Assembly (NCBI GenBank): GCA_034530615.2 | Contig: JAVRCV020000015.1 | Location: forward strand, 96,001-160,000 | Reading direction: 5' to 3' | Origin: Aulosira sp. ZfuVER01 | GTDB lineage: Bacteria; Cyanobacteriota; Cyanobacteriia; Cyanobacteriales; Nostocaceae | Length of the DNA stretch: 64,000 nt | Shown: positions 49,400-61,760 of the stretch, one piece after another | How positions within the stretch are numbered: the first letter of the stretch is position 1 | How the letters are laid out: every line of letters begins with the position of its first letter | The notes under the pieces: model-generated | Seen by the model: the letters and a program-made list of their open reading frames with translations, nothing else | Database searches by the model: none | Told to the model about the DNA's origin: nothing | Made by a program: the position numbers and the translations under genes

Positions 49400-52324
49400 G
49401 TGCTTTTCTGGGCATCTTATATATTACAAGTTATGTTGACTAATAATCAGATGGGACCGCCAGAAAAACCTATAGCTGCTGAAAAACAGATAATTTCCTT
49501 GGGGCGTGTCCTCCAGAAACTCAGGGAAGAGGATAATGTTGAAGTTTTAATTGAAACTACTATTGCTTATATTAAAGAGCAGTTTGAGTACCAACTCATT
49601 TGGATTGCTCTTTACGATCGCCTGAATCATACATTATCTGGCAAAGGCGGGATGACGCCTACTAAGGACACCAATTTTTTACAACAGCGGTTAGTTCTTA
49701 GTCCTGGAGATTTATTAGAACAAGTCGTAATTGAACAGCGTCCCCTAGGTGTAGCCGATTTAAGAGATGAACATCGGGCTGACACATTGCAGGAAGTGGC
49801 GAAAAAATTCCAAATTCAAGGAACAATTGTTTTACCAATTCGCTACAGAGACCGCTGTTTGGGTTTGGTATTACTAGGTTCGCAAAGCTGGGGCTATTTA
49901 CTCGCTGGAGATGCCAAAGCAAGGCTGTTAATGGTTTTAGCTGAACTGGGAGCAGTACTTTATCAACATGAGATCGATTTGCAGCAAAAGCAAACCAAGC
50001 GGATTGAGGAGCCTTTGTTGCGATTGTTAGAAAACTTACGCTCCTTAGGTAATCTAGATAAAAAACTAGAAGCAGTAGTGGAAGCAACTCATCAATTTGT
50101 TTCCCCATCCCGAACAAATATTTACTGGTTTGAAAGGGAAGGACGCTACTTTTGGTGTCGGATGAACAATCAGCTGCTCAACCTTGGTCGCAACACTGGG
50201 CCTCAGCAACCCGCCGTGGGAATTTCCGTGCAGGACTTGAGCGAATTTTATTATGCTTTAGTAGTCAATCAAATTGTCTGGATTGGCGAGTCGCGGAGTT
50301 CTTTAAACAGTCATGTTACAGGTAAGCTACTACAACGCCTGCGGGTGCGATCGCTGTTGGCATCTCCCATAATCTATCAAAAGGAATTGCTGGGTTTTCT
50401 AGCAGTAGAAGGCAATCAACCGCGTATCTGGACGGATGCAGATAAAAATTTCATCCAAGGTGCTGCAGGATTAATATCTCTGGTTGCCCCTACTGAAAGC
50501 ATGGAAAGCACCATTAAACAAATTCAAGCGGATGCCCAGTTAACTAGTCAAGTTGCTCAAGCTATCTATAGCGAGCATGACCTTCAAGAAGTACTGCGCA
50601 TTTGTGCGCAGAGAGTTTTAGAGCGACTAGCTACCACCCGCTTTTTATTGTTGCGGTACGACCCTGACCAAAATCATTATCAAATTCTGCACCAAAGCCA
50701 GATTCAAAATCGCCGGTCTTTGTCATTTACACTCAATGCTCTTAAAGATTTGGATAGACAGCTTTTGCAGCGTGTCACTGAAGCAGTAGAGATTGAGAAT
50801 TTAGACGAAGATTTGCGATTTTTTAATTGGCGTCCCTTTTTTATCGAAAGTGGCGTACATTCCTTGTTGGTTTGCAACTGCTCTCAAGGTAATTCACCGA
50901 CAGCGATTGTAGTTATTGCTCATGAAACTCACCGTTCTTGGACAACTTTAGAAAAGGAACTGCTATGGGTTGTCAGTCAACAAGTTGGTGTCATTGTTCG
51001 TCAGTGGCAACTGCAAGGCAATAACGAGCAGCAAAAAACAATTTTACAAAGCTTTCAACAATGCTTGCGCATCTTGGCACAAACCCAGAGTAAAACAACA
51101 GACACAGAAGAACATCATTTAGAATGCACCGCACTCCAACAAATAGCATCTGTACTAAGTTGTCCCCTGGCATTGATGCTATCTTGGTCGCCTGGTCAGC
51201 ATCAGGCAAAAATTATCCCTGGGGTAATTACCAATAAGGGATTTGAGATTGATGCTAATACATCGATATTTTTTCAGACAGAAGCTCTCATACAATGGGC
51301 ACTTGGCCAAGAAGGTTATCTCAGCATCAGAGTAGATGATTTACCCCCAGAAACTAGAAATTGGTTGAACGGATCGGATATTGGTCAAATTTTGGTGATG
51401 GTATTACGTACTTCCTATGCTTATCAACCCACAAGTGTGGTGTTATTGGCAGACCATCGAGAGCGTTATTGGTCAGAACACAGCCTCAGTGCGGCGGAAG
51501 CTCTTGTTTGCCAGTTAGCTTGGTTGAATCGTCAAAAGCAAATCACCCAACTTCTAGAGTTCACAACTGAAGACTTACGACAACTCAATTGGTATAAGCA
51601 TCGTCGTCTAGAAGAAATTCACAGAGCCGCAACACCTTTGCTTTCTCAAATCCATGATTCGGGGGTTCCGGCGCAGGAACTAAAGGAAACACGCCCCCAG
51701 CCACTACTGCGACAGTTAGAGTATACAACAGCCTCGATCGCAGAACTGCTAAAACATGAGCAGTGGCAGTTACAGATGAAATGGGAAATTATACCCGTAG
51801 CCAGTTTACTGAAGCGAGCGATCGAAAAAGTAGACAATTTACTCAAACAACATAAGCTGTGGGTAGGTGTGCATGGTTTAGGACAGTCTGTTGTCCCTCA
51901 GGATTCACTAAAAAATTCTGCGGATCTGAAAGTAACTCAAACCGCAGGCAATCAATCTTCGATGGCGATCGCTGGGGACATTAAAAAAATTGAATTAGTG
52001 CTGCATGAATTGTTGGTTTTAGCCTGTCATCGTTCTCAGCCAGGAGGCAGAATCGATATTTGGTGTCGCCGCTTAGATGAGGGAATGTTAGATATTTCGA
52101 TTACAGACAGCGGTCCTATAGAAGCGTTGCTATTAGAAGCGCTAAATCAAGATCAACCCAAGGATGTGCTTGCTGTCTCTAGCCTCGATGAACCACCAGG
52201 TTTGCACCTCCTCATCTGCAAAAATCTCATGCGCCAAATGAAAGGAGAATTGCATTTCTATCAGTTACCAGATAATCGGGTAGTCAGTCGCTTACTGCTG
52301 CAATTAGCTAATCATTCTCAGTAA
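49400..52324 (+). CDS. Multi-GAF protein with degenerate HATPase-like C-terminus
   Basis: Several GAF-like segments; ISITDSG...PPGLHL without a canonical G2 box; start probably near 49433. Confidence 0.8.
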   Translation: MLFWASYILQVMLTNNQMGPPEKPIAAEKQIISLGRVLQKLREEDNVEVLIETTIAYIKEQFEYQLIWIALYDRLNHTLSGKGGMTPTKDTNFLQQRLVLSPGDLLEQVVIEQRPLGVADLRDEHRADTLQEVAKKFQIQGTIVLPIRYRDRCLGLVLLGSQSWGYLLAGDAKARLLMVLAELGAVLYQHEIDLQQKQTKRIEEPLLRLLENLRSLGNLDKKLEAVVEATHQFVSPSRTNIYWFEREGRYFWCRMNNQLLNLGRNTGPQQPAVGISVQDLSEFYYALVVNQIVWIGESRSSLNSHVTGKLLQRLRVRSLLASPIIYQKELLGFLAVEGNQPRIWTDADKNFIQGAAGLISLVAPTESMESTIKQIQADAQLTSQVAQAIYSEHDLQEVLRICAQRVLERLATTRFLLLRYDPDQNHYQILHQSQIQNRRSLSFTLNALKDLDRQLLQRVTEAVEIENLDEDLRFFNWRPFFIESGVHSLLVCNCSQGNSPTAIVVIAHETHRSWTTLEKELLWVVSQQVGVIVRQWQLQGNNEQQKTILQSFQQCLRILAQTQSKTTDTEEHHLECTALQQIASVLSCPLALMLSWSPGQHQAKIIPGVITNKGFEIDANTSIFFQTEALIQWALGQEGYLSIRVDDLPPETRNWLNGSDIGQILVMVLRTSYAYQPTSVVLLADHRERYWSEHSLSAAEALVCQLAWLNRQKQITQLLEFTTEDLRQLNWYKHRRLEEIHRAATPLLSQIHDSGVPAQELKETRPQPLLRQLEYTTASIAELLKHEQWQLQMKWEIIPVASLLKRAIEKVDNLLKQHKLWVGVHGLGQSVVPQDSLKNSADLKVTQTAGNQSSMAIAGDIKKIELVLHELLVLACHRSQPGGRIDIWCRRLDEGMLDISITDSGPIEALLLEALNQDQPKDVLAVSSLDEPPGLHLLICKNLMRQMKGELHFYQLPDNRVVSRLLLQLANHSQ

Positions 52325-52791
52325 GTATTAGTCTTTGCCAATAAGCATTGGGCATTTTATCTTTCCCTGCTTCCCTGATTTCTCATTAGGACTGTCTTCC
52401 TACGCAATTCTGTCTTCTTGAACTCAGTAATTACCATGACATTATTGAGTTTTGAGCATTACATAAATTTTGGCTCAGATTGTGAGGGGTATAACCCATA
52501 AATTTGCGGACTTTTGCGGCTAGAAAATGCTTGTCGCAACTGAATATTTATCTTTGTTTGAATTACTGGTAATGCTGCTACAATCTTTCTCTGAAGAGGC
52601 TTTGCCGCCTGATATTAAGTCCAAATAATAGTAAATAGCCCAAAAATACTGCCTAAGTTGACTAGAAATAACCCTCTAGGGGGATTAACCCCACATTTGT
52701 TAGTAAAAAGTATCTACCCGTTGTAACAATCTGGTTATAATTATTTTCCATCGCTCTCGCAAATTTTTTCTCCAATCTGCACAGTATCAAA

Positions 52792-52962
52792 ATGGGGCGT
52801 AAACGTTCTAAATCTGACTTGCCTACAAAAATCTGTCCGGTATGCGAACGTCCCTTCACCTGGCGCAAGAAATGGCAAGATTGCTGGGACGAGGTGAAAT
52901 ACTGCTCAGAACGTTGCCGCCGTCGGCGTTCTGAAGTTAAAAATGAAACTGACTCAAACTAA
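52792..52962 (+). CDS. DUF2256 family small Cys-rich protein (missing from ORF track)
   Basis: MGRKRSKSDLPTKICPVCERPFTWRKKWQDCWDEVKYCSERCRRRRS. Confidence 0.88.
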   Translation: MGRKRSKSDLPTKICPVCERPFTWRKKWQDCWDEVKYCSERCRRRRSEVKNETDSN

Positions 52963-52994
52963 CACCACACAGACGCAAATAGCGCAAGGGATAT

Positions 52995-53981
52995 ATGAAG
53001 TTACAGGTGCAGCCAAAATTAATTATTCATGGAGGGGCTGGTAGTTCACTACACGGGAAAGGCGGAGTGGAGGCGGTGCGTCAAGCACTCCATACAGTAG
53101 TAGAGGAAGTGTACTCTCTCCTCATTGCCGGAGCAAATGCCTCAGAAGCAGTGGTGCAAGGTTGCCAATTGTTGGAAGATAACCCCCGCTTTAATGCTGG
53201 TACTGGTTCTGTACTACAATCTGATGGTCAAATCCGTATGAGTGCTTCTCTGATGGATGGGACATCAGGGCGCTTTAGTGGTGTAATAAATATCTCGCGG
53301 GTTAAAAATCCTATACAGTTGGCACAATTTTTACAAACCTCACCAGATAGGGTACTGTCAGATTACGGTTCAGCTGAACTAGCGCGGGAGTTACAAATTC
53401 CTAGCTATAACGCTTTAACAGATTTGCGGTTGCAAGAATGGATACAGGAACGTCAGGATAATTTTAAAAGCACGATGGCTGGGGTGGTAGCAGAACCAGA
53501 ACTTGTAGAAAGCAGTAATGCCGGACGCGGCACTATAGGTGTAGTAGCTTTAGATACTCATGGTAGATTAGCATCCGGTACTTCCACAGGCGGTAAAGGC
53601 TTTGAGAGGATTGGCAGAGTCAGTGATTCTGCAATGCCAGCAGGTAATTATGCGACAAGTATGGCTGGTGTCAGCTGTACTGGAATTGGTGAAGATATTA
53701 TCGATGAGTGTTTGGCAGCGAAGATAGTGGTACGTGTGACTGATGGGATGTCTCTTCAGGAGGCTATGAAACGCTCATTTGCTGAAGCACATAATAACAA
53801 ACGGGATTTGGGCGCGATCGCCTTAGATGCAAGTGGGGCGATCGCTTGGGGTAAAACCAGCCAAGTCTTGCTTGCTGCATACCACGACGGTAACAGGATT
53901 GGTGATACTTTAGAACTTCCAATTGCGACCAATGTTGGCTGTATTGTTAGTCCTGAGTCTTCAGTCGTGAGCGCTGAGTAA
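52995..53981 (+). CDS. Isoaspartyl peptidase/L-asparaginase (Ntn hydrolase)
   Basis: IIHGGAG, FNAGTGS, GTIGVVA, TSTGG, GRVSDS. Confidence 0.92.
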   Translation: MKLQVQPKLIIHGGAGSSLHGKGGVEAVRQALHTVVEEVYSLLIAGANASEAVVQGCQLLEDNPRFNAGTGSVLQSDGQIRMSASLMDGTSGRFSGVINISRVKNPIQLAQFLQTSPDRVLSDYGSAELARELQIPSYNALTDLRLQEWIQERQDNFKSTMAGVVAEPELVESSNAGRGTIGVVALDTHGRLASGTSTGGKGFERIGRVSDSAMPAGNYATSMAGVSCTGIGEDIIDECLAAKIVVRVTDGMSLQEAMKRSFAEAHNNKRDLGAIALDASGAIAWGKTSQVLLAAYHDGNRIGDTLELPIATNVGCIVSPESSVVSAE

Positions 53982-54003
53982 TCAACTCAGCACTCATAAC
54001 TCA

Positions 54004-55359
54004 TTACTCAGCACTCTTATTGCGCCAACCAGGTTTGACTACTTGACGTGCGCGAGCAATCACCAGAGCATCATCAGGAACATCTTCTGTTACAGTTGAA
54101 CCGGCTGCCACGTAGACATCATTGCCTAGGGTAACTGGAGCAACCAAGACACTATTGGAACCAGTTTTAGTGCGATCACCTATTTTTGTTGGGTGTTTTT
54201 TGACACCGTCATAGTTGGCAGTAATTGTACCTGCACCGATGTTGACTTTCGTGCCAGCAGTGGTATCGCCTAAATATGACAAATGTGCCACATTCGTGCG
54301 ATCGCCTAATTGTGTATTTTTTAATTCCACAAAATTACCGATACGGCAACCAGCACCTACTTTAGCCTGACCGCGTAAATGGCTATAGGGGCCAATTTGG
54401 CTTCCTGCTTGCACAATGCTATCCCTAACTACGGAATACTGTACTGTGACATTTTCACCCAACTGGCTGTTTTCAATTAAACTCCCAGGACCAATGTGAC
54501 TTCCTGACTTAATCACAGTATTGCCACGCAGGTGAGTTTGAGGTTCAATAATCACATCTGGCTGTAATTCTACAGTGTCATCAATAGTAATACTGCTGGG
54601 GTCTATCAGCGTGACACCTGCCACCATCCATTTTTCCTTAACTCGTCTTTGCAAAATTTCGTAGGCATTTGCGAGTTGTAAGCGATCGTTGATGCCAAGA
54701 ATTTCTTGATAGTCTTCCACATCTACTGCCATCACTTTCCCAACTTGAGTTACAGCATCAGTGAGATAGTATTCTTTTTGGCTATTATTTGCTTCTAGGT
54801 GAGGTAACACCTTTGCTAAATTTTGCCAACGGAAGCAGTATACTCCGGCATTAATCCGGCGATTTTGTCTTTGAGCAGTAGTGCAATCCTTGTCTTCAAC
54901 GATTTGTTGCACAATATTTTCACTATCGCAAAAAACGCGCCCGTAACCTTTAGGATCGGGCAAATATGCTGTAAGAATAGTGGCAGCATTCTGATTTTCT
55001 TGGTGAGTTTGCAAAAGATTTTTCAGTGTTTGGGTACTTAACAACGGAACATCACCGTTTAACACTATTAAATCCCCAGCGTAATCTTCCAAATAAGGAA
55101 GTAATTGCTGGATCGCATGACCTGTCCCTTGTTGTACAGTCTGTTCGACAAACTCCAAACCAGGGATTGACTGCATGGCTGCTTTTACTTCTTCAGCCTG
55201 ATATCCCACGATCGCTAACCGCCGTGAAGGCGAAAGAGGTTCTACACTGTTAATCACTCTCTCTACTAGCGATCGCCCACCCAAAGAATGTAAAACTTTG
55301 GGCAGCTGTGATTTCATCCTTGTGCCGCGTCCCGCCGCTAGAATTGCTACAACTACCAT
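54004..55359 (-). CDS. glmU: Bifunctional UDP-GlcNAc pyrophosphorylase/acetyltransferase
   Basis: [17 protein letters not shown], hexapeptide repeats, ANYDG. Confidence 0.98.
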   Translation of the reverse strand: MVVVAILAAGRGTRMKSQLPKVLHSLGGRSLVERVINSVEPLSPSRRLAIVGYQAEEVKAAMQSIPGLEFVEQTVQQGTGHAIQQLLPYLEDYAGDLIVLNGDVPLLSTQTLKNLLQTHQENQNAATILTAYLPDPKGYGRVFCDSENIVQQIVEDKDCTTAQRQNRRINAGVYCFRWQNLAKVLPHLEANNSQKEYYLTDAVTQVGKVMAVDVEDYQEILGINDRLQLANAYEILQRRVKEKWMVAGVTLIDPSSITIDDTVELQPDVIIEPQTHLRGNTVIKSGSHIGPGSLIENSQLGENVTVQYSVVRDSIVQAGSQIGPYSHLRGQAKVGAGCRIGNFVELKNTQLGDRTNVAHLSYLGDTTAGTKVNIGAGTITANYDGVKKHPTKIGDRTKTGSNSVLVAPVTLGNDVYVAAGSTVTEDVPDDALVIARARQVVKPGWRNKSAE

Positions 55360-55515
55360 AACTTAGCTATCAGCTATTAATGAATTGCGCTTTTGCGCTT
55401 GGTATTTTGAGATTGAGCCTCAAATATTACCAGTTGATCATCATAGACTGAAATCCCCGGTCATAATTAATTAGATCACCATCAAAGCTATTACTAAGTT
55501 AGAAGGTAGTCATTT

Positions 55516-56163
55516 TCACCGCAGAGCTTGATTTGCGACTTCAATTACCTGTTTTGCAGCTTTCTCTTTGCGTTCGCTGTAGCGATCTGTTAAGTAGTCC
55601 ACCTTGTCTCGTAGCAACAAGGTGAACTTATAAAGTTCTTCCATGACATCCACAACGCGATCGCGGTAAGGCGAATCCTTCATCGTACCGTCCTCATTAA
55701 ACTCCTGATAGGCTTTAGCTACCGAGGATTGATTGGGGATAGTAAACATCCGCATCCAGCGCCCCAGAATTCTTAATGTGTTGACAGCGTTGAAAGACTG
55801 CGATCCACCGCTGACTTGCATCACAGCCAAAGTTCTGCCTTGCGTCGGGCGAACGGCTCCTACACTGAGGGGAATCCAGTCAATCTGGTTTTTCATGATG
55901 CCACTAATATTACCGTGCAGTTCCGGGCTAGACCAAACCTGCCCTTCCGACCAAAGGCTTAATTCGCGTAACTCCTGCACTTTTGGGTGTGTGTCAGGTA
56001 CGCTACCGTGGATCGGTAGTTCACGTGGATCGAAAAACTTTACCTCTGCGCCAAACTCTTCAATGATGCGTGCTGCTTCCTCTGCTAAGAGACGGCTATA
56101 GGAACGCTCACGCAGAGAGCCATACAAAAACAAAATTCTGGGGGAATGGTCAAATGTTGTCAT
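55516..56163 (-). CDS. arsH: Arsenical resistance flavoprotein ArsH
   Basis: [25 protein letters not shown]; start trimmed to MTTFD. Confidence 0.95.
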   Translation of the reverse strand: MTTFDHSPRILFLYGSLRERSYSRLLAEEAARIIEEFGAEVKFFDPRELPIHGSVPDTHPKVQELRELSLWSEGQVWSSPELHGNISGIMKNQIDWIPLSVGAVRPTQGRTLAVMQVSGGSQSFNAVNTLRILGRWMRMFTIPNQSSVAKAYQEFNEDGTMKDSPYRDRVVDVMEELYKFTLLLRDKVDYLTDRYSERKEKAAKQVIEVANQALR

Positions 56164-56204
56164 AGAGATGTCAGGATACAGATTAATCAGTGCAGAGCTA
56201 CAGA

Positions 56205-56624
56205 CTAAGAACAGGCGCAACCTGAAGGGGTAACTTCAACAGGTTTAATATCCCGCACTTGCGAGTCAGCCAAAACTTTATAAATCTCCCAAGGTGCGCC
56301 ATCTGGGTCATGCACCCATACTTTATCTTGAAGGGCATAGCAACAAGTCACTTGCTCTTCTGTCCGAGTTTCCATTCCAAGTTGTTGCAGGCGATCGCTT
56401 GCTGTATTAACTTCCGTAGTTGTGTCAACCTCCACACCTAAATGGTTGAGAGTAGCAGCCGCCTCTTGATTCTCAATCAATACGAGCTTTAGAGGAGGTT
56501 GGGCGATTGCAAAGTTGGCGTAACCAGGGCGAAGTTTTGCAGGTTTAGTACCGAAAAGCTTGCTATAAAAATCAACAGCAGCATCGATATTACTAACATT
56601 TAAAGCAATTTGAACGCGAGACAT
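56205..56624 (-). CDS. arsI: ArsI/CadI family glyoxalase-fold enzyme (C-As lyase)
   Basis: [29 protein letters not shown]. Confidence 0.85.
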   Translation of the reverse strand: MSRVQIALNVSNIDAAVDFYSKLFGTKPAKLRPGYANFAIAQPPLKLVLIENQEAAATLNHLGVEVDTTTEVNTASDRLQQLGMETRTEEQVTCCYALQDKVWVHDPDGAPWEIYKVLADSQVRDIKPVEVTPSGCACS

Positions 56625-56641
56625 GATAGTTATCCTTACGA

Positions 56642-57052
56642 TCAAACTTGTGTAAATTCTTGGGTGAGTGATTCAATTAGTTGAGTCACTCGTTCTTTAA
56701 TCTCATCGCGCACTCTGGGGAAAATTTCTGGCTGTTCGGCTGGATCGTCTAATTGCCAATCTGCAAATACTTCTCGTACAACCCACTCTGTTGGCAAATT
56801 TACGCCACAACCACACAGAGAAATCACAACATCAAATTCTTCTGGTTGGAAGTCACTCAGAGGTTTGGAGTGTTGATCGGTAATGTCGATGCCAACTTCT
56901 TTCATCGTAGCGATCGCTTCTGGTCTAACAATACTTGCTTCTAATCCAGAGCTTGTCACTTCAATCTTTCCTTTACCAAGTGTTTTGGCAAAGCCTTCCG
57001 CCATTTGCGAGCGTGCAGAATTCTTTTTACAGACAAACATTACACGTTTCAT
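56642..57052 (-). CDS. arsC: Arsenate reductase, LMW-PTP fold, cyanobacterial type
   Basis: CKKNSARSQMAE, SLCGC, LDDP. Confidence 0.92.
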   Translation of the reverse strand: MKRVMFVCKKNSARSQMAEGFAKTLGKGKIEVTSSGLEASIVRPEAIATMKEVGIDITDQHSKPLSDFQPEEFDVVISLCGCGVNLPTEWVVREVFADWQLDDPAEQPEIFPRVRDEIKERVTQLIESLTQEFTQV

Positions 57053-57064
57053 GCTTCCATTCCT

Positions 57065-58135
57065 CTATAAAGTTCTCGATTCAGGTGCTGAGAAATAATG
57101 TTTTTGAAACCAGAAGGCAACATTAACAAGACTAATCAATACAGGTACTTCCACTAGCGGCCCGACTACAGCTGCAAAAGCCGCACCCGAATTAATGCCG
57201 AATACGGCGATCGCTACTGCGATCGCCAACTCAAAATTATTTCCTGCGGCTGTAAATGCTACACTTGCGGCTCTGGAATAGTCTGTCTTAATTCGCCACG
57301 CCATGTAAAAGCTAACCAAAAACATGACAATGAAATAGATAATCAGCGGAATTGCAATCTTCACCACATCTAGGGGAATTTGAACAATTAAATTCCCTTT
57401 TAAGCTGAACATGACGACGATTGTAAATAACAAAGCAATCAATGTGATCGGGCTGATTTTAGGGACAAATTCTTCGTGATACCAGCGCTTGCTTTTCGCC
57501 TTCACTAAAAAGAAACGAGTGAAAAATCCGGCTAAAAAGGGAATACCAAGATAGATGAATACACTTTGGGCAATCTCGGCAATGCTGACGTTAACGATAC
57601 TACCTTGCAATCCAAATAGGGGCGGTAGTACACTAATAAAAAACCAAGCATAAGGACTGTAGAAAATGACCTGAAATATGCTGTTGAAAGCAACCAATCC
57701 AGCAGTGTACTCTGTATTACCTCGTGCTAGATCGCTCCACACAACTACCATCGCAATACAACGGGCTAATCCAATCAAAATCAATCCCGTCATGTATTCT
57801 GGATAATTTCGTAAGAAGATAGTCGCCAGTGCAAACATCAGAATTGGCCCGATAATCCAATTCTGAATTAGTGACACACTGAGAATTTTTCCGTTGCGAA
57901 ATACATCCCCTAACTCTTCATACCGCACCTTAGCCAAGGGTGGGTACATCATTAGAATTAACCCAATGGCAATTGGGATATTAGTCGTTCCTACCTGAAA
58001 CTGATTAATAAATGCTTCGACTCCAGGAAGAAAATAACCTAAGCTAACCCCAACAGCCATTGCCAGAAAAATCCATAAGGTCAGGAAGCGATCGAGAAAA
58101 GAAAGCTGTTTAGAAATGGTTTTCGTCGTCATCAT
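57065..58135 (-). CDS. acr3: ACR3 family arsenite efflux transporter
   Basis: [30 protein letters not shown]. Confidence 0.95.
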   Translation of the reverse strand: MMTTKTISKQLSFLDRFLTLWIFLAMAVGVSLGYFLPGVEAFINQFQVGTTNIPIAIGLILMMYPPLAKVRYEELGDVFRNGKILSVSLIQNWIIGPILMFALATIFLRNYPEYMTGLILIGLARCIAMVVVWSDLARGNTEYTAGLVAFNSIFQVIFYSPYAWFFISVLPPLFGLQGSIVNVSIAEIAQSVFIYLGIPFLAGFFTRFFLVKAKSKRWYHEEFVPKISPITLIALLFTIVVMFSLKGNLIVQIPLDVVKIAIPLIIYFIVMFLVSFYMAWRIKTDYSRAASVAFTAAGNNFELAIAVAIAVFGINSGAAFAAVVGPLVEVPVLISLVNVAFWFQKHYFSAPESRTL

Positions 58136-58188
58136 TTATTCCACAGAAACTTACCAATGTTTGAGCTTCATCTAGTAGCTTAAAAAGT

Positions 58189-59244
58189 CTAGAATTTGGC
58201 TTCTTTGCGTAACAACTCACCAATTGTTAAGTTCATTTCTGCTTTTCCATCAAAAACTGTTCCTACTTTGCCTTTGTACAAGTGAACATAATTGATTTGG
58301 TAGCCATCATTTGGTAGAGGTATATACCCCACAGAACTGACTGTTTTTGGTGCTTTCTGAATATAGAAATCTACAAAGTTGTACAGCGTTCCTCTGTTTG
58401 GTAAAGACTGAGGATTGATATAGATAAACAAAGGCCGAGAAAGTGGTTGATATTGTGCTTTCTCTACAGCTTGAGGAGATGGCGATACTGCACCGCGTCC
58501 GTTATCAATGGAGAGTGCTTTTAACTTATCTTGATGTTTTTCGTAGTACGCATAACCAAAGTAACCCAAAGCATTAGGGTCTTTACTTACGCCATCTACC
58601 AGTACCTCATCATCTTCACTGGCTGTATAGTCGTTGCGAGATGTTCTGACTTTACCTACAACTGCTTCTGTAAAGTAGTCAAAAGTACCAGATTTTTTAC
58701 CTGCACCATACAAAGTCAAAGGACGATCTGACCAAGATGCACGTATTTGGTTCCAGCGGGTGATTTTTCCTTCAGCAGCAGGTTCCCAAATTTTCTTTAA
58801 TTCTGCTACTGTGATATCTTTTGCCCAGTTATTTTGCGGATGAACAGCAACAGTAAGGGCATCAAAAGCGATAGGAAGCTCTATGTACCCTACCCCATTT
58901 TTCTTGCACGCTTCCATCTCTGAGAGCAAAATCGGTCGGGAAGCGTTGTTGATGTCTGTTTCTCCAGCACAGAATTTTTCAAATCCGCCTGTAGTACCAG
59001 AAAATTTCACTTCTACTGGTGATGAAAACTCTTTGGCGATCGCTTGGCTAATTGGATATACCGTACTAGAACCATCAATTTTTATCGTTGTTCCGGCCTT
59101 GGTAGTGTTACTAGCTTCAATAGCTTTTGGGGAATTTTGACTTTGAGTACTAGAAGTTGAGCTAGTTGCACAACTGCCTACTAAAGCCAGCGTTCCCAGC
59201 GCGAGAGCCAATTTCTTAACTTTTGCTGGCATTGACCTCTCCAC
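58189..59244 (-). CDS. pstS: Phosphate-binding lipoprotein, PstS/SphX family
   Basis: Lipobox [32 protein letters not shown]. Confidence 0.88.
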   Translation of the reverse strand: MERSMPAKVKKLALALGTLALVGSCATSSTSSTQSQNSPKAIEASNTTKAGTTIKIDGSSTVYPISQAIAKEFSSPVEVKFSGTTGGFEKFCAGETDINNASRPILLSEMEACKKNGVGYIELPIAFDALTVAVHPQNNWAKDITVAELKKIWEPAAEGKITRWNQIRASWSDRPLTLYGAGKKSGTFDYFTEAVVGKVRTSRNDYTASEDDEVLVDGVSKDPNALGYFGYAYYEKHQDKLKALSIDNGRGAVSPSPQAVEKAQYQPLSRPLFIYINPQSLPNRGTLYNFVDFYIQKAPKTVSSVGYIPLPNDGYQINYVHLYKGKVGTVFDGKAEMNLTIGELLRKEAKF

Positions 59245-59275
59245 CCTGTGTTGTGGCTAAGTTTTTCTCTCTTAT

Positions 59276-59345
59276 TTCAAGAAAACTTGATGTATGGAGG
59301 TCTTGTCAAGTATGAGATATAAAAATTCATCAAAAAAAATTGATG
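59276..59345 (-). promoter_or_regulatory. Two ArsR-type operator boxes
   Basis: ATCAATTTTTTTTGATG and ATCAAGTTTTCTTGAA on the minus strand, with TTGACA between them. Confidence 0.75.
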
Positions 59346-59363
59346 TATTATTCAGGAACTTCT

Positions 59364-59684
59364 TTAGCAAGGGCGCGCAGGTAACACTTTAATGAAGCGG
59401 CGATAATCGGATAAATATTGCTCTAAGACAACAAATTGAGCCAAATTCAAACTGTAGTAAATCCAGCGTCCTTCTTGACGCGATCGCACTAAGCCAGCTT
59501 CTTTGAGAGTTTTGAGGTGAAAAGACAGTTTCGACTGAGTAACTCCTAACGCCGCGCACAAGTCACACACACATAGTTCTTGCTCACGCAACAATTCCAA
59601 AACCTTCAGTCGTAAAGGTTCAGAAAGAGCATGAAAGCCTGCAACAATCGCATCGGAAGTGAAAGTGGGGAGAGAATCCATCAA
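59364..59684 (-). CDS. arsR: ArsR/SmtB family repressor
   Basis: ELCVCDL, SKLSFHL, RQEGRWIYY. Confidence 0.93.
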   Translation of the reverse strand: MMDSLPTFTSDAIVAGFHALSEPLRLKVLELLREQELCVCDLCAALGVTQSKLSFHLKTLKEAGLVRSRQEGRWIYYSLNLAQFVVLEQYLSDYRRFIKVLPARPC

Positions 59685-59770
59685 GTTTTATTGAAATATT
59701 TTTTGATATTTACCAGTCTAAGCTAACTTTAACTTAGTGGTATATCGCATTAATTTTGATGAGTTCGTTC

Positions 59771-61000
59771 TTAACAACCTTTTGTTTTGATAAAATCTGC
59801 AAACTGCTGCATGAGTTTGGGATTGCGCCAACCGGAATTGGTTTCATCTAGCATCAAATTCAGCGCTTCTTCTGAGGTAAAACTCTTTTTGTAAGGTCTT
59901 TCGCTTGTCAGCGCATCATAAATATCGAGAACCTGAAATACTTGTGCTAAGTAGGGAATATCTTCACCTTTGAGTCCATCAGGATAGCCCGATCCATCCC
60001 AGCGCTCATGGTGATGGCGAATAATCGGAATTACACCCCGCATACTACGTAGTGGCTGACAGATTTTTTCCCCAATGGAAACGTGCTGTCTCATAATCTC
60101 CCACTCTTCGGGGGTGAGTTTGCCTTTTTTCAGTAACACGGCATCGGGAATACCTACCTTACCAATATCGTGAAGATAACCACCCCACATCAAATCTCGA
60201 ATTTGGTTGCGTGAAAGATTGAGGTATTCACCAAAAGCTTGTCCTAGTTTGACTAACCGTTCGCAGTGATCGCCAGTATTAGGATCTCGACTTTCAATTG
60301 CCATAGCAACGGAAAATAGTACTTTTTCGGCATGATCTAAGTCTTCATTCAGCCGCTTCTGCCTTACCAAGGATTTAACACGCGCTGCTAATTCTACCCG
60401 ATCGAAGGGTTTGGTGAGAAAATCATCGGCTCCAACTTCAATACCCCGGATACGCGATCGCCTGTCATTTAAAGCTGTAATAAAAATGACCGGAATTAGT
60501 CTAGTATGCTCATTTTGTTTAAGAATCTGGCAGACTTCAAACCCATCCATTCCTGGCATCATTACATCCAGCAAAATCAGATCTGGTTGTTTTTGGGCAA
60601 CCATCTCTACTGCCATCGAACCACTGTCAGCTTCAATTACTTCGTACCCTTCCATCCCCAATAGCGCCACAGCGGTCATCCGGCTAGCAGCGTGGTCATC
60701 AACTACTAAAATTTTTGGCAGTTCTGAATCCATGCCATTGACTTTAGAACCTTGGGCTTGTATCACTCTAGAGTCTAATGATTCCTCATCAGTATTAAGA
60801 TTTTTCTGTTTCATCCAAGAAGGCAATGCTGGGGTTTTTTCAAGCATAAACTCTCCTTTAGATAAGCCCATTGAATCACCCTCTACATTTTGTAATTCTA
60901 GGGCATGATTTGAACTTATATTCGTCAATTTGCTCAGGGGGTTAGACCCATCAGCATTTTTTTCGATAGAGCTTATATGCTTGGATTCCCATTGACTCAC
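59771..61000 (-). CDS. REC plus HD-GYP phosphodiesterase response regulator
   Basis: DVMMPGMDG, HDIGK, HHERWDGSGYP, RPYK. Confidence 0.93.
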   Translation of the reverse strand: MSQWESKHISSIEKNADGSNPLSKLTNISSNHALELQNVEGDSMGLSKGEFMLEKTPALPSWMKQKNLNTDEESLDSRVIQAQGSKVNGMDSELPKILVVDDHAASRMTAVALLGMEGYEVIEADSGSMAVEMVAQKQPDLILLDVMMPGMDGFEVCQILKQNEHTRLIPVIFITALNDRRSRIRGIEVGADDFLTKPFDRVELAARVKSLVRQKRLNEDLDHAEKVLFSVAMAIESRDPNTGDHCERLVKLGQAFGEYLNLSRNQIRDLMWGGYLHDIGKVGIPDAVLLKKGKLTPEEWEIMRQHVSIGEKICQPLRSMRGVIPIIRHHHERWDGSGYPDGLKGEDIPYLAQVFQVLDIYDALTSERPYKKSFTSEEALNLMLDETNSGWRNPKLMQQFADFIKTKGC

Positions 61001-61760
61001 AAAACTGCTCCAATTTTCTCAATAAAAGTTAACGTTGTCACGTTTTCAAAATTGTAAGTTTAGTACTTGCTTGTATTTCAGCCGCAATTTTCCAAACTTG
61101 ATGCAATTATGATATCCATTTTTTTTAATAACAGATACATTATGTTTTTCAATAAATATTAAAAAAATTAAACAGTTCGCTAAGTCTGTTAATTTTCTCA
61201 GTTTGCTACGAGCAATTTACTTCAATTTCTACTCAGTTTTTTTACTTAGATTTTTTTAAGATACTAGCCATCGTAATTCCTGTATTTACTCGGTTCTTTT
61301 CTCAGTAAGAGCTAGACTTTAAAGTTTTTATTTTCCTCTCAAGGTATAAGTAATTTTGCGAATTGGTTCTAGTGCATTATCTACTAAATAATCCCTAAAG
61401 TTGAGTGATTTAGAACACAAAAATTAATGATCTTGATTACTAGAAACAATTAATCTTTGACCGGACTAATGACTCCGTGAGTTTTTCTTAACCATAAATA
61501 ATTTAGTTTGTATAAGTCAAGAATGCCAGCTTCTTTTTTTTCCAAAAAATGCAAATTATTTAGCAAAAAACACATGATTGGGGAATCATTTTTTTGCGGC
61601 TAAAAATTAAATATGAGGTGAATAGCTGTGATGTCTTCTAACAAAGCGATTTATATCCAAGCATAAATACTCAATCTATCCTTAGCTTTGTTCCATCCTG
61701 AAGGTGCGACCCATACATGGACTGCTGACGAAAAGCCGCTTTGTATTTACGCATAACAAA

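Noticed and set aside
61001..61760. Long AT-rich intergenic region
   Set aside because: No repeat, ORF or stable fold found by eye.
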